Below, one piece after another: positions 37,300 through 50,748 of a stretch of DNA of 64,000 nt. How positions within the stretch are numbered: the stretch's first letter is position 1; the number at the start of each line of letters is the position of its first letter. This stretch comes from Cycas panzhihuaensis (taxonomy: Eukaryota; Plantae; Cycadophyta): NCBI GenBank assembly GCA_023213395.1, contig CM041465.1, forward strand, positions 214,341,741-214,405,740, read 5' to 3'. The notes beneath the pieces were generated by a model that saw only the letters and a program-made list of their open reading frames with translations, was not told where the DNA came from and did not search any database. Made by a program: the position numbers and the translations under genes.

Positions 37300-39900
37300 C
37301 CCTGGCTGTCGTCGTGATGGCAGGCTATAACTAAGCCTCCAGGGACCTTCCAATGCCACCTAAGAGGCCTTCAAAGGTGGAAGATCCACAAAAGGATACT
37401 TCACCTAAAGGTAAAGAAACAAGTAGATAGAGAGTATTACAGTGGTCAGAAGAGTCAAAACTGAGAAGGGCAAGAAGACTAAGTTCGTAGAATAATGAGA
37501 CTAAGGGATAGTCCATTGAAGAATCTGAGGCAAGTGGATCCTAGACACCTCAAGAACAAGGAGAGGGAAACAATGGTAAACAAATGGTACTAACACTAGC
37601 CCCAATCAAGGATGACCTGTTTAGCCCAGAATATGAAGAAAAACCAAAGGTTGATAAGGAACATAAAGACACTCTAATAAAGGAGGAAAGTATACCTATG
37701 GAAGGCACTCTAAAGGACCTAAGTAACAATGAGAAAAAGGCAGAGGAAGGTCCCTCGGCATATTGGGAAAACAAGCTAACAAGGCATCTTTTTGAAGATT
37801 CATCGATGAGGATCCGATCAACATACATAACTGCCATACACCATTTACAGTACAAGTGCCAGGTGTGCTAGAACCTATACATCTAAAGACCCCATTTAAG
37901 AATCCATTATCTAGGAAGGATAATATTGAAGTAAGCACTCCAAATACATCTCCAAAGAAAAGGGTAAAGGAGAGGAGATAGAATCCAGTGAGGAGGAAAA
38001 AGGGGAAGAATCACCACTAGGTGGGACACGGGTACAATCTCCTAGGATGGATGATTACAAAGAGTTTGGGAAATTGATCTTTAATGGCACTCTAGATGTA
38101 GCTGAACATGCATATTTGTTTCAAAATTTGATTGACATAAAGAAAATTATGGATGAAGATGAGATAAATGCCAGATTCACTTATACATTGAGGGGAGTAC
38201 CATTGGCATGGTACAAGGAGTTGGATAAGAAAGAATCATGGGCCAACATAAAAAAGTCTTTTGAAGAAAGATTTCAAAAGTTTCGAAGTAATGAAGCAGT
38301 GGAAATTGTCCTCAAGGAAATCAAACAAAGACTTGCAGAATCGGTGTTAACTTATATTAGTCAGATGAAAATTATTGCAGCCAATATGATCAACGAAACC
38401 ATGACAGATCACAATATGAAAAATTATTTTGTTAGAGGACTAAATGAAAAATTGAGAGCCATGATGCATGCACATCCGTTGAAGTCATTCACTCGATTTT
38501 GAGATGGAGATGGATGCTTAGGCTTGAGGACACGACCCCCTCCTATTGAGATTACAAGAGGAAATAAAGGAAATTAAATAGAATCAGCATAACTGACCCT
38601 TCTACTAGGTGGGAGTATCAAAGGAGGAATCATAAGTAGAATCTCTAAGGAAGGAAGTAGCAAGATTGAAGATAAGGAATAATAGAGAGGATGAAATGAT
38701 AAAGAAGAAGAAGGATCATGAATTCAGAGTAGAAAAATGGTGCCACATCTTTGAAGAAAGTTCACACACAACTAAAGAGTGTGAACTTAATCCGAAGAAT
38801 AATGCATTGTAACAAAGGGACAAATGGTGCCACATATGCGATGTGGATACACATGTGATAAAGGATAACTTTTATAACCCAAGAGGGAGTACAATGAGGA
38901 GGTAACCCACCTAAGAATATATACACAATGAGGAGTACACAAGAGCCCTTAAGGAAGAAAAAACCAATGGGAAGATGCCTTATATGCTTACAATTTAGTC
39001 ATTGGAAATCTGAATGCCCAACCAAGCAGGAATACGAATAAAAATTGTTCGTATGTAACAACTATGGGCCTAGTGAATACAAAATGGAGGATTGCAAGGG
39101 GAAAGCAAAAGCCACCAACTTAATGACAATCATACCGGAGAGTAAAAATGTAAAACTCCAAAAAAAGCTAAAAGAGAAGGAAGAAGAGGGGTATCCAAAC
39201 CCATAGACGGAGATGAATTGGTTTTGACAAGCAAAGCAAGTATTATAGGAACTAGCTCAGGAGGATACTATATTACCAATGGGGAAACTTGAGACCAAAT
39301 ATATGTATGTGAGAAAGAATAAACAAAAGGAGAAAGAAAAAGTACCAGAAGAACCAAAAACATAGCCCCAAATGGTATAAATAGAGGAATTATTCAAAGG
39401 ATTACCAGCCGAGGGTATTCCAAGAATGTTGTTTCTGATGGAGAATCTGGTGAAACAGTTGCAATTAACTATTCCTCTATGTTAAGTAATCGACTAGATT
39501 AAATGAGGGATATTACAACAAGGAATTACCAAAAGTCTAAAGAAATTGATGCCATCATTTGACATGGATCCTATGGTGACGATTATGGTATTGGGGGAAA
39601 CATTTCCAAAAGTAATCATTGATGGGGGAGTAGTTGTGAATGTACTACCCACTTCGACATGGCAAAAGTTAAGGAGCCTGAAATTGGAAGCGGCAATATA
39701 TTTGTTAAAATTGGCCAATGAATTATTGGTCTGACCTATGGGGAAGTTGACCAACATCAAAGTGGATGTGGCAGGGATCATCGTGAAAATTGATTTTACG
39801 ATTGTGGAAACAGAGAAAGGTGTAAGTCCTTATCTAGCATTATTGGGGAGATTGTGACTATACAAAACCCAATGTCTCCAAAGCTGGAAAGGCATAACCT
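37300..39900 (+). pseudogene. gag: gag-protease pseudogene of H
   Basis: ORF 38047-38502 (FTYTLRGVPLAWYKEL..SW..IKKSFEERF..FVRGL); CCHC-like knuckles at 38738-39096; protease VIIDGGVVVNVL..ALLGR at ~39610-39852. Start coordinate approximate. Confidence 0.85.
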
Positions 39901-40779
39901 TCACCTTATCAGATGGAGGGAATGAAGTGGTATTACTAATGTTAGGGAAGAATTCCATTGAAGTGATACCTTATGATGGTTCAAGTACAACCATTGCAAG
40001 TGAAGCAACAACTTCTTCGTTCGGCAAAGAAAATCTCTACCATACGACCGAAGAATCCACCAAACTAATCGACCTCTAAGAAGCAAAACTAACTTACTTT
40101 GGAGAAATTTACAACTCTTCAGACGACAAGAATGGAATGAAATTTGTGGATTATTGGTTACAAGATGCCTATGAAGTCAACACCTCATCCTATAGGTGTA
40201 ACCTAATTTCTCGGAATGTAGTTGAGGACGTTGATATTAAATCTAAATTTGTTGATTATACGAGTGTTAATAACAACATTAAAAACCTAGACCCAAACCT
40301 AAATACCCCTTTTAACCCAAAATCTTACCTTAATTCACCTCCTGATACCCTAACCCTCTCTAACGCTAACCTTCCCTTTACCTCTGGTGTGGGTCTTGAG
40401 GTAGACTACCCTTCCCCACCCCCATCCCAACCTGAGGAAAAAAGTAACAAACCTTCCTTATCTTCTTTAGAGGTACACCTACCTAGCAAAAGATCATTTT
40501 CAACCATCGGCACCAAATTTAAGGAAGAATAAAAGGAACTGCTAAGAGTATCCCTAGAGATTTCGGTCTAGGAAACAAAATTGCCACTCCAGAAGATAGA
40601 AATCATGGAGATTATGTGAAGCCTTTTTATAGAGAACCACTATATGGAATTTCCCATTTGAGACATTGTAGAGAATATTAGTTAGATGAAGATCAATTAA
40701 GGGATCATAAGAAGAAATTGACAAAGCATACCACACCAAGGAAAAGGTGAAAAAATACAAGGCACAACTGTCACAACAA

Positions 40780-40986
40780 GACATCATATTTCAAGAAGGG
40801 TAATCAAGTATGGCGATTCGATAATAAATCCCAAACACCCCCAGGGAGAATTGAAGATGCATTGGAAAGGCCCATATATGATTGATAAGGTGTACCAGAA
40901 TGGCACTATCTAGTTGACGAAATTATCAGGTTAGCTACTGCCTGAAATGGTCAAGGGTAGTAAACTGAAATCCTATATCAACTAGG
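40780..40986 (+). pseudogene. Integrase C-terminal GPY/F module remnant of H
   Basis: FQEG...LKMHWKGPYMIDKVYQNGTI*L...VKGSKLKSY. Confidence 0.75.
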
Positions 40987-41418
40987 GTAGAGCAACTTAC
41001 CAGCCGAATTAGGTGGTTGTACTATAATGTGTTGCATGAAGTTGAGGCAAAATTGAATTACCTTGATACTAGAACGTGATTCAGTTTGGTATGTAACATA
41101 AAATACAAAAAAAAATAAAAAATAAAAAAACAACTGTAACTCATATCATACAAATAAGCAATATGGTAAAACATTGAGGAAAGATATATCATCATACAAA
41201 AAATCAAGGGAAAGTTGAATAAAACAAGATAAAGGCATAAGGAAAAAAATAAAATAAAAGCAGTAATAGATGAGGATTTATTAACCAAGAATGGGAACCA
41301 AGCAGTCACGCAGAGGTAGCATGGGCAGCCTTAGAATAAAGAGGGGGAGGAATACCCCAAATTTTAAATTTTTTATTGAGCAAGGATGCTCAACCCAATC
41401 ATGTTGACCTAGGATAGA

Positions 41419-42323
41419 TGTTGGGACATATTTTGACACATAGACCTTGAGGAAGATGGAATACAAGCTCATATTGACCAAAGAAATGTAGGTACAGACC
41501 ATACAGAGGTACCCATAGTGGAAAAAGGTGGAAAATATGTAATCTAGGTACGTATGACAAATACATACCTAGTTACATACCTTTTGGGTATGCAATACAG
41601 GATGCATACCATTTTCAGTATGCTTGTAGACAATAAGGTACATATGGATAGATCTGACCCAAAGGCACCCATAAATGATGATGTCAGCCCAAAAGGACAT
41701 ATGTATGGATGTATGGATCATGAAAGACACCATTAAGGAGACTTAATTAAGTGTTAAAGTGAAAGGGTACCTTGGTGACAAAAAGGTATGGTTATGACTT
41801 TGGGTCATAACCTTTCACCCAAAAGGCATCAAAGGGACATATTTAATGATGCTTTGAGGACCATTCTAGTGGGATAGCCAAGTGATTCAATTCTGTGGTA
41901 TATTCTCGAGGGTGAGAGCTAAGTATTCCAGCACACATTGGTATGGAGAGCAGTATGCATGACAGTAGCCTAAGCCATGTATATGATGGGTACCTCCTAG
42001 GTACACATGTGAAAAAATTAGTGTATGAGGTTGGAATGCACAGGGAATTCATTATAGCACCTTATGTATAGAAACGTATTGCTTAGTAAAAGAAGAGTTA
42101 CGTGGAAATTATGGATTCTCTATGTTTCCAAAGATTGAATGTGGAATATGTGCTAATCCTTATATTATTGTGTGCCACTATGTTGTAATAATGTAAAAAT
42201 GTTAATAAATCTATGTGATCTATGTGGATGATTATGTTGACTATGTCCTAAACTAGACTACAACTTATGTTACCTTGACAAGTGTATTGATCTCATAAGG
42301 GGTGTGAAATCTTTAAGTCAACA
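41419..42323 (+). repeat. 3' LTR of H
   Basis: Direct repeat of 36316-37220. Confidence 0.94.
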
Positions 42324-42329
42324 ATTTCC

Positions 42330-43220
42330 TTAGTATGGAAATAGTTTGTTACTGTTTACCTTTAGCCTATTATTTCCAATATTATACCTCATTACTAAGT
42401 TGTTTGATTATATATTGTGGATTCCTTTATTTTTATTGGGGTCATAGTGGTGGGAAAGTCTCCTTTCTAGGATTTATCTAAAATGGAAAAAAAGGTTTTC
42501 CCCACTTATCCATTACATATTCAAGAGAAAGAACCAAAATTTTTGGTGCTTAAAAATCAATAGGTTCTTTCAATATAATCATCATTCTAGTATCCTAATC
42601 TAAACCATCTAGGAACCATTCCATGAAGATCACTTCTAGAGGTTTATTTGCAGCTTCTATCTTCTTGAGTATTCTTTCAAATCTCTCCACAAGTTTATAG
42701 TAGATTAATCAATACCCTTCTTCATGCTATACAATTCTTTCATTAATTTTGCCAAAGTTTTTATACTTCCATACTTGGATTTAATGGTAATAACAACCCC
42801 TCCTAACTACTTATTAAATCATCTAGTAATATGTTGAACTAGACAGTAACATTCTCTATGAGAGAATATGAAAATAATGCAATGGCTAGGTTGGGCTTAA
42901 TGATGTTAAAATTCATGCATATATCTAATAACTTCTTAATAAGTTTCTCAATTATAATACTTTTGTTATCATTTAATTTAGGATAGGCCTCCAAAACCTT
43001 ATATAGAATATTAGGTTATCATCCCTATAATGCTAAATGATGTCTATATATCTAAGGAAGATTATTCCCCTGATTCTTGTTTACATTTTATTGGCCTTAG
43101 GTAGCCATATCTAGTGAACTTTCTAATACACTAAATATTTGATCAAATCAATAGTCCTCTTCTTCAATGTCACTCATCTAAGTAGGGGTTGTTCTAATAT
43201 ACCTTGAGCTCTCATCCACT
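42330..43220 (-). pseudogene. gag: gag remnant of G
   Basis: Minus strand ALFSYSLIENVTV*FNILLDDLISS*EGL at ~42800-42885 (LF..SL...A..WF..L...I.SW pattern). Confidence 0.65.
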
Positions 43221-45963
43221 AGGTAAATTGGTTGCTTGGTGATTCAACCAATTTTACAAAATATAAAACCCTAACTACCTAAACAACTAAACATAAAATG
43301 TAAGAAAGAATACCACTTGGGTATGATCTCCTTAATACAATTACCAATTTGTTGGCCTTAGTGATTATGCCCTTCTAAATTCATAATTGTCATAAGTTGA
43401 TCTATGATGTATTTTATGATCTTTGACATAACAACTAGAGATCAACCACAAATATCTAGTTCTCTGTAATTCTTCTTAACTCCAAAAATAATATAAATCT
43501 ATTTTATAGTATGCATAGTAAAGAATAATAAAAGAATATCTTAGAGCCCTATAGAAACCTATTACTTTTTCATTTTTTATTTTTCTTCCTTTTTATATTT
43601 TTCTATTTTTAATAAAGGATTGAAAATAAGGAATAATATAAAGTTGAAAGCAGACCAAAGAAAACCTCTTAATCCACCACCAATCCTAGCCTTAAAGGGC
43701 TATGTTATGCTACTACCATATAAGTATACTAGTAGAGATAAGTAAGCACTTTCTATAATAACAATATAAATTTCTTCATAACTTAAGAAAATTACATGTT
43801 GGATACCACCGAATAACACTCTTATAAATCATAAAGAATGAATTTCCTGGCAATAAAACATAATAAACTAGTTAAACCAAATGGAAATATGTTCATGTAT
43901 GAAAAAATTAAGAGCTCACTCTACATCAATCATTAGCCATTAACTATACTTAATACATGAAATAAATCCAAGCCTTTAGTGCCCTAGATTTGTTATGGGG
44001 GTCTGTCCTTCTATGGTGTTCAATCATACATATAAGATCAAACCAAAAATAAATAAAGATTAGCCATAAATGGTTAAGAAAACTACATAAAGAGGGATTA
44101 TAGAGAAAGAATGAAGTAGAGAAGTGAAAGCCTCAATTAATCACTAGGTAGATCAAGTAGAAGAAGCATGAAACCCTTCTCTAATGTAACAATCACCCAT
44201 CCAAAAAGATCATTTACTAAACTATAATTCAACCAAATTTACACCTTCAATATTTAGAAATTAATAAAATATTACTCCACTATCTTTAGAAGTGAGAGAT
44301 GACTGCCACATGTTATATGGTGGGTAGTGACTTTGGCTTTATTGATCATTTCCCATGACTACTCAAATTTGTTTTTCTCATCTTTTGTAGTTGCTAATGA
44401 TCAATCTTAGCATTAGGGAGTAATTGTTTGTATATGGATAGCATTAATACAAAAATTCTATATCTCACACATCTTATTTTATCTTCTTTTGGAATTCAAC
44501 TAAGTTAGAGTTTCTTTTGAATAAACAATGCTAAAAATTGACATAAAAGAATTTAAGCCTAATTGTTTACCATTGTTCTAAACATTTGATGTTAATTAGA
44601 TGCTAAAATCTAGCCTACCAATTGTCCTCTTCATACCTCTAGTTTGCCTATCATGGATCAATGTGTAAAGTGTTTGTAAAAAAGCTTCAAAAAATCTAAA
44701 GAATCTTTCTACTTGAGTTGAGTAGAGAATTTAATACTTTAAACATATCACAACATGAATTGCATCATTTAAAAGAAATTATAAAGAAATTAAGTTGAGG
44801 TGGTAACTAAGGCCCATAAGGTATTCTAAATAATATTGTGTTATCTATATGGCTTGAAAAATCCCCTAAAAGCCCTTGTTTATAGGCTACTATATGTGTT
44901 TTATAATCTTGTAATCAAAGGAATAGGAGAACTAATGTCATTTTTTCATTTATGAGGTTGTGATGATATAATACAAAAGCCTTTGTATTATTGCTTGAAT
45001 TTTACATTTGTGGCATTAAGTAACTTGCCATTTGTATTATTCCACTCAAATGAGAAAATGAGCAACTAGAGTCCTCACACTTGGATTTGAACTTGTGAAA
45101 TATAAAATCCAACCTATAATAAGACTTTAACATTACCTAAGATGTGGACTTAATTATGTTTACATCAAATTTTACATCAGTATTATCCTTAATCAACTAA
45201 GTCCTACCCATTATTATTCCCCCATTATAATCTTGATTACGTACAATAGTATTTATAAACACATGACTTTTATTTATAAACTTTTCAGTCAAGGTGAAAA
45301 AAAGACTAATAATAGGTGCATGCTAAATATTCGACAAAATGTCTAAATGAAATATGACTAGTAAATAGAGAAAGATAGTAGGTAGTTATGCATCAAGTGT
45401 TCGACAAAATACTAAGGAAGAGTGGACTAAAATGATAGAAATTTATGCATTATAAGAATTTAGGACATATCTCCATAACATACCGAGGACATATCCAGTA
45501 AGAGGCATGAATACTTATATTCATTATTGTCTTAATCTCTCTAAATTGTTTTGAAGGTGCTAAACTTTACATTGACATAAGGCTAGTTGTGTCCCCCTAT
45601 GGATGATTTGCATGAGTAATACGTGTAATGTATACATTATCATCTCATGCTTAGATATGTGGTATAATATGAAGCACACTCATATAAAGATGAGAGTCGA
45701 TGATCATACTTGTCGATATTCTATGGTATGAAGAATACAACCACCTCCATCATGTATTGTATGGTTAGGAAAAGTTATGGCCACTAAGAGAGATAGTCCA
45801 AGGAGTTTGACTTAGTACTAGTGTATAGATGGCATGCCAATTCTAGATTAAGTGTAATAATTAATAATGATGCTTGAGTGATGTTTTTAACTGTTATAAA
45901 TTGAGTTGTAGTAATTAAGCTCAAAAACATTTCAACAACCTTATTATGCATAAATGATAAGTG

Positions 45964-46006
45964 TATCTATCTATATCTATAGATAGATAGATAGATAGAT
46001 AGATAT
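45964..46006. repeat. (TATC)n/(GATA)n microsatellite
   Basis: TATCTATCTATATCTATAGATAGATAGATAGATAGATAGATA. Confidence 0.9.
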
Positions 46007-46159
46007 ATGAAGGATCAAGTGACAAGTTATCAATATTATTTATGATGATATTTTTAGAGTAAGTGCATTCTTCAAGTGTAGCAAAAGAATTCAATAAGCA
46101 ATCCAATTTTGTATAGCCATGGTTTGGTGATCAATGAGATCATAGGGATAGTTAAGGGG

Positions 46160-46660
46160 TGTTATATATGTTGAACACTTTGCAAGTGTTACATGGGTAT
46201 AGGCATTATACTTGAGCCCCTTTGTAGGGTCCGAGGCCTATTGTAGGGCCCCCGGCTAGGGGATCTGGGGGGCCAGTGGTCCCCCAAGCGAGGGTTTGGG
46301 GGAAGGAGCCCTTAAGAAAAATTTTTGGGTGTCTTATAGGGGTCTTTGTCATCCTAATGGTTTATGCCCATTATATTGTAAAACCACAAGGCAGTATCTT
46401 ATAATGTTGTCTCTATATATTCTTATGCAATGGCACATGTAACATATGAAGATGATGAGATAGTTGTGGATGAGTCAAGGAGAAGATTTGGGGTTCATCT
46501 CTATAATTCTTTAGTTGCTGCTCAGATTAATAAAAGGTCTATGCTTAGACCCGAATCTCTTGGTGTTCTTTGTTGAGAGTTTGATTTATTTATATTATTT
46601 GTTCTTTGCATGGTTTAGAGTTCTGTTATCACGTTGCTTCTCGATTATATTTTCTCTTTA
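46160..46660 (+). repeat. 5' LTR of Copia D
   Basis: Repeat of 50749-51193; ends TTTA before the PBS. Confidence 0.93.
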
Positions 46661-46746
46661 TTTGGTATCAGAGCTAAGAGTTTTAGTTTTGTGGGAAGCC
46701 ATTTGGTAAGTAAGAGCCTTATGCAGTGAACTTGAGTGTGAAGATC

Positions 46747-49700
46747 ATGGAAAGCACTACAAAGATGGAGATTGAAAAGTTCAGTGGCCAAAACTTTGAG
46801 TTGTAGAAGCGAAAGATGGAAGATATCCTCGTCGAGAAGGATCAGTGGATCGTTGTAGTAGGAACAAAGCCTGCGAATATGGGTGATGAAGACTGGAAGA
46901 GGCTTGATCGAAAGACACTTAGTTCGATAAGGTTATGCCTTTTAGACATGATGTTGTTGAATGTTGCCACAGAGTCTATAGCCAAAGATCTACGGAGAAA
47001 GTTAGAGGCTTTGTATCAAATAAAGTCCCTAGTTAATAAGCTATTTCTTCAGAAAAAGTTGTATTCACTCAAGATGAGTGATGGAGATGCAGTTGCAGAT
47101 CATCTCACTATATTTAACACCGTGGTTAGCCAACTTATTTTAGTTGGTATAACAATGTCTAAAGAAGACAAGTGTATTACCCTATTATGTTCGCTTCCTG
47201 ATTCCTAGGATAACCTTATGATGACGATTAGTAGGACGACTGATACCGCCCTAAAATTTGATGATGTTGTTGCTGCTCTATTGTTAGAAAAGACAAGGTG
47301 AAAATCTTTTGAGGATTATTCGAAAGAAGCATTAATAGTGAGAGGCTGAATGTTGGATCACGACTAATAAAGACCTAGGAACAGATGACCAAAACCTAGA
47401 GGAAAATCCTAATCTCCAATTAGAGGACCTTTGGTATGTTGATGTGGGAAGGTTGGCCATATGAAGAGCTAGTGTCGAGTCAAGGTAGATAAGGGAAAGT
47501 CACCTGAAGCTACTTCTTCCATGGTAGCAAAAGCCTCTGATGAAACTGATGGTGAAGTTTATTTGGCAACCTCAGGTAAGTTGTTAAATGTTAATTCTTA
47601 ATTAATTGACTCTAGTGCTTTACTTCATGTTACTCCCCATAGGGATTGGTTTTGTGAATACACAAGGATTAATGGAGGTGAGGTATTTCTTGGGAATCAT
47701 TACCCATATAAAATTATGGGTTGTGGAAAGGTGAAGGTTTGATTTGGGGATTAAAGGGTTAAAACTATCCCTAATATGAGTTATATTCCTAGTTTGGCTA
47801 TGAGTTTGTTGTTTGTCAGTTAATTAGGTGATATAGAAATAGAAGTAATCTTCAATAAAGATAGTTGCAGAATGGTTCAAGGAGCATTCGTGTTAGTAAG
47901 AGGGGTTCGATTTGGAACACTATACAAGATTTATGCAAGTATAATATGTGTTGGAAGTTGTAGTCTAGCTATTATAGAAGGTAGCAATAAAGAAGATAGG
48001 ACTCAAATATCACTTGTTGGTAAAACTATGCTGTCGCATCAGAGACTGGGCCATATTGGAGAGAAAGGCCTCCATGATTTATTCTCTAAAGGTATAGCAG
48101 GAGACATCTTTGGAATTAATAACTCCTTTGATTTTGATTTCTATGAGTATTCTATGTATGGCAAACAGAATCAAGTCAGTTTTCTTTCAAGTTTAAAAAG
48201 AGCAAAGGGTATTCTACAATTGGTGTATAGTGGTGTTTTTGGACCTATTAATGTACCCTCATTGGGTGGGTCCAAATACTTTGTCTCATTCATAGATGAT
48301 TTCTTGAGAAAGACATGGCTGTACTTTCTCAAGAGGAAATCTGAAGTCTTCAGTAAATTCAAAGAATTCAAGGGCTTAGTCGAGAATCAGAGTGATAGGT
48401 GGATCAAGGTACTGAGGATTGATAATGGAGGTGAGTTTTACTTAAAGGAATTTGAGCAATTTTGTAAGTAGTGTGGGATAGCAAGGCAAAAGATGAATCC
48501 CTATATGCCACAATATAACAGAGTTGCTGAAAGGATGAATAGGACCTTACTGGAGAGATCAAGGAGTATGCTTAGTGCTGCTAGATTAGAGAAGAAATTC
48601 TATGCAGAGGCTGTGATGACTACAAGCTACCTGATCAACAAATCACCGATAATTGCCTTAGTATACAAAACACCTAAAGAAGGGTGGTTTGGTAAGAAAC
48701 CATCTCTTGGTCATCTTAGAGTTTTTAGTTGTAAAGCTTTTAAGCATGTTCCTAAATAGCAAAGGGCTAATCTTGATTTCAAAGCATAAAAGATTATTTT
48801 CATTGGCTATGGTCATGGTGTTAAAGGATATAAGCTGTATAACCTTGAAACACAAAAGGTTGTTATAGTTGTGATGTTGTCTTTAGAGAGGAGTTCAAGT
48901 CTCTAAAGCGGGATGAAGAACCAGAGGAGGAACACTCTAAGAAGGTACTATTTGAATTAAGGGATGAAGATTCTACATCAAAATATGAGTCAGCTGAAGA
49001 GGAAGACCCAACTATAGAGGGAGCTTAACCTCAAGAACCCCACATCTTGAGGAGATCAACTCATGAGAGAAGACATCCTGACAGGTAGATTCTTGAAGAC
49101 TTTCATTGCTCCTCTTATGTTTTATCTGCTATAGATAGTAATCTAGTTACTGTTCAAGAGGCTCTAGAATCAAAAGAGAGCCAACTCTAGATGAAGGCCA
49201 TGTGAGAAGAAATGATAGCCTTGGACAAAAATAATACATGGGATTTGGTGAATCTTCCTAATGGAAGAAAACCTATTAATAACAATTGGATCTTCAAGAA
49301 GAAATTTTGGGCAGATGGTACTGTGGAAATGTACAAGGCTCACTTAGTAGCAAAGGGCTATTCCCAAGTCAAGGGAATAGATTTTGGTGAGGTATTTTCT
49401 CCTATTGTAAAAGTTGCTTCAATTAGATTTTTATTGGTTGTAGTAGCTTCATATGACCTTGAGGTGGATCAAATGGATGTGAAGATTGCATTTCTTTATG
49501 GTGACCTTGAGGAAGAAATTTATATGTTATAGCCTAAAGGGTTTGAAGTTGTAGGAAAGGAGGATATGGTGTGCAGGTTAAAGAAGTCATTATATGGCTT
49601 AAAACAGTCACCAAGGATGTGGTATCAGAAATTTGATTCACATATGTTGATGGATGGCCTTATGTGTAGCAAAGCAGATCATTGTGTTTATTATAAGAAG

Positions 49701-50703
49701 GTTGGTGATCATTTTGTTATTTTAGATTTATATGTTGATGACATACTTTTAGTTGGTAACAATAAAGGAATAAACCAACTTGTGAAAAACCAAGTAGCAT
49801 CTCACTTTGAGGTGCTACATATTTTATTTTAGGCATTGAAATTAAAATGGATAGGAGAAACAGGAAGATTTAGCTTAGCTAAAGACGATACATTGAGACA
49901 ATATTGCAATGATTTAGGTTACGGGATAGTAACCAATTAATATTCCTCTTCTTGTTGGTTTAAAATTATCAGTTGAATAATTCCCAAAGACTCACCAAGA
50001 AGTTGAACACATGGCATTTGTCCCTTATGCCAATGATGTTGGTATCCTGGTATATGCGATGGTTTACACTTGACCAACATTGCCTATGCAGTGGGAGTAG
50101 TTAGCAGGTATATGTCAAACCCAGGCAGGGAGCACTAGGTGGTTGTGAAAAGGATATTTAGGTATCTACGAGATACATCAGACTATGGAATTTGTTATCA
50201 AGGAGATCCCATGGAGAGTAAGATAGTGAACCTGAGAGGTTTTATTGATGCTAATTGGGCTAGAGATCTTGATAGTAAAATATCTACAAGTGGGTATGAT
50301 TTTACTCTTTCTGATTGGTGCAGTTAGTTAGATGAGTAAAAGACAAGTTGTGGTACTTTCTAGCACAGAAACAGAGTATATGGCATCTAGTCATGCATGC
50401 AAGGAAGCAGTTTGGTTATAGAGACTATGCATAGATATTGGCTTTAAGCAGGATACTGTGAGGATAGATTGTAATAGTTAAAGTGCAATCTACCTAGCAA
50501 AGAACCCCATTTTTCATTCTCGGTCAAAGCATATTGTTGTGCAGTTCCATTTTATGAGGGAAATGGTTCAAGATCATAAGGTGGACTTGTAAAAGATTGC
50601 TACACAAGAAAATGCTACAGACTCATTAACTAAGATTGTTAGCATAGAAATTTTTAAATGGTGTAGAATTACAATAGATGTTTGTGATTTTAGCATTCAA
50701 TAG
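46747..50703 (+). pseudogene. Copia gag-pol pseudogene (D)
   Basis: ORFs 46816-47208 (gag), 47872-48759 (integrase FIDD..DNGGEF, AERMNRTL), 49212-49832 (RT, LYVDDIL), 50139 onward (RNase H). Confidence 0.95.
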
Positions 50704-50748
50704 TTGTGTATGTAGGTTTTCTTGTAAAGTGTTCAACAAGTGGGAGAT

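Larger units (their letters stand above)
36316..42323 (+). mobile_element. Non-autonomous Gypsy-type LTR element H (Gag, protease and integrase C-terminal tail; no RT/RH)
   Basis: 905-bp LTRs 36316-37220 and 41419-42323 (TGTTG...CAACA); PBS at 37222; 4.2-kb interior; imperfect TSD GTTTA/ATTTC; inserted antiparallel in G. Confidence 0.92.
32640..43349 (-). mobile_element. Ty3/Gypsy Tat-clade element G (gag-PR-aRH-RT-RH-truncated INT), interrupted by element H
   Basis: Decayed PBS-like TGGTAATTGTATTAAGGAG at 43346-43328 after an LTR end ..GGCCAACA at 43350; gag ~42330-43200; PR 35353-35697; aRH ~34830-35200; RT ~33700-34350; RH 33167-33655; integrase N-terminus to ~32640. Confidence 0.85.

Noticed and set aside
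45325-45420. Two TTCGACAAAAT motifs reading like PPR 'VFDKM'
   Set aside because: Only ~11-14 bp match, with no surrounding PPR repeat frame or 35-aa periodicity.
43350-46159. Full 5' LTR of G and the LTR-like sequence continuing at 51194-53000
   Set aside because: LTR-like composition, but no partner copy or TSD in the window, so boundaries are unsupported.
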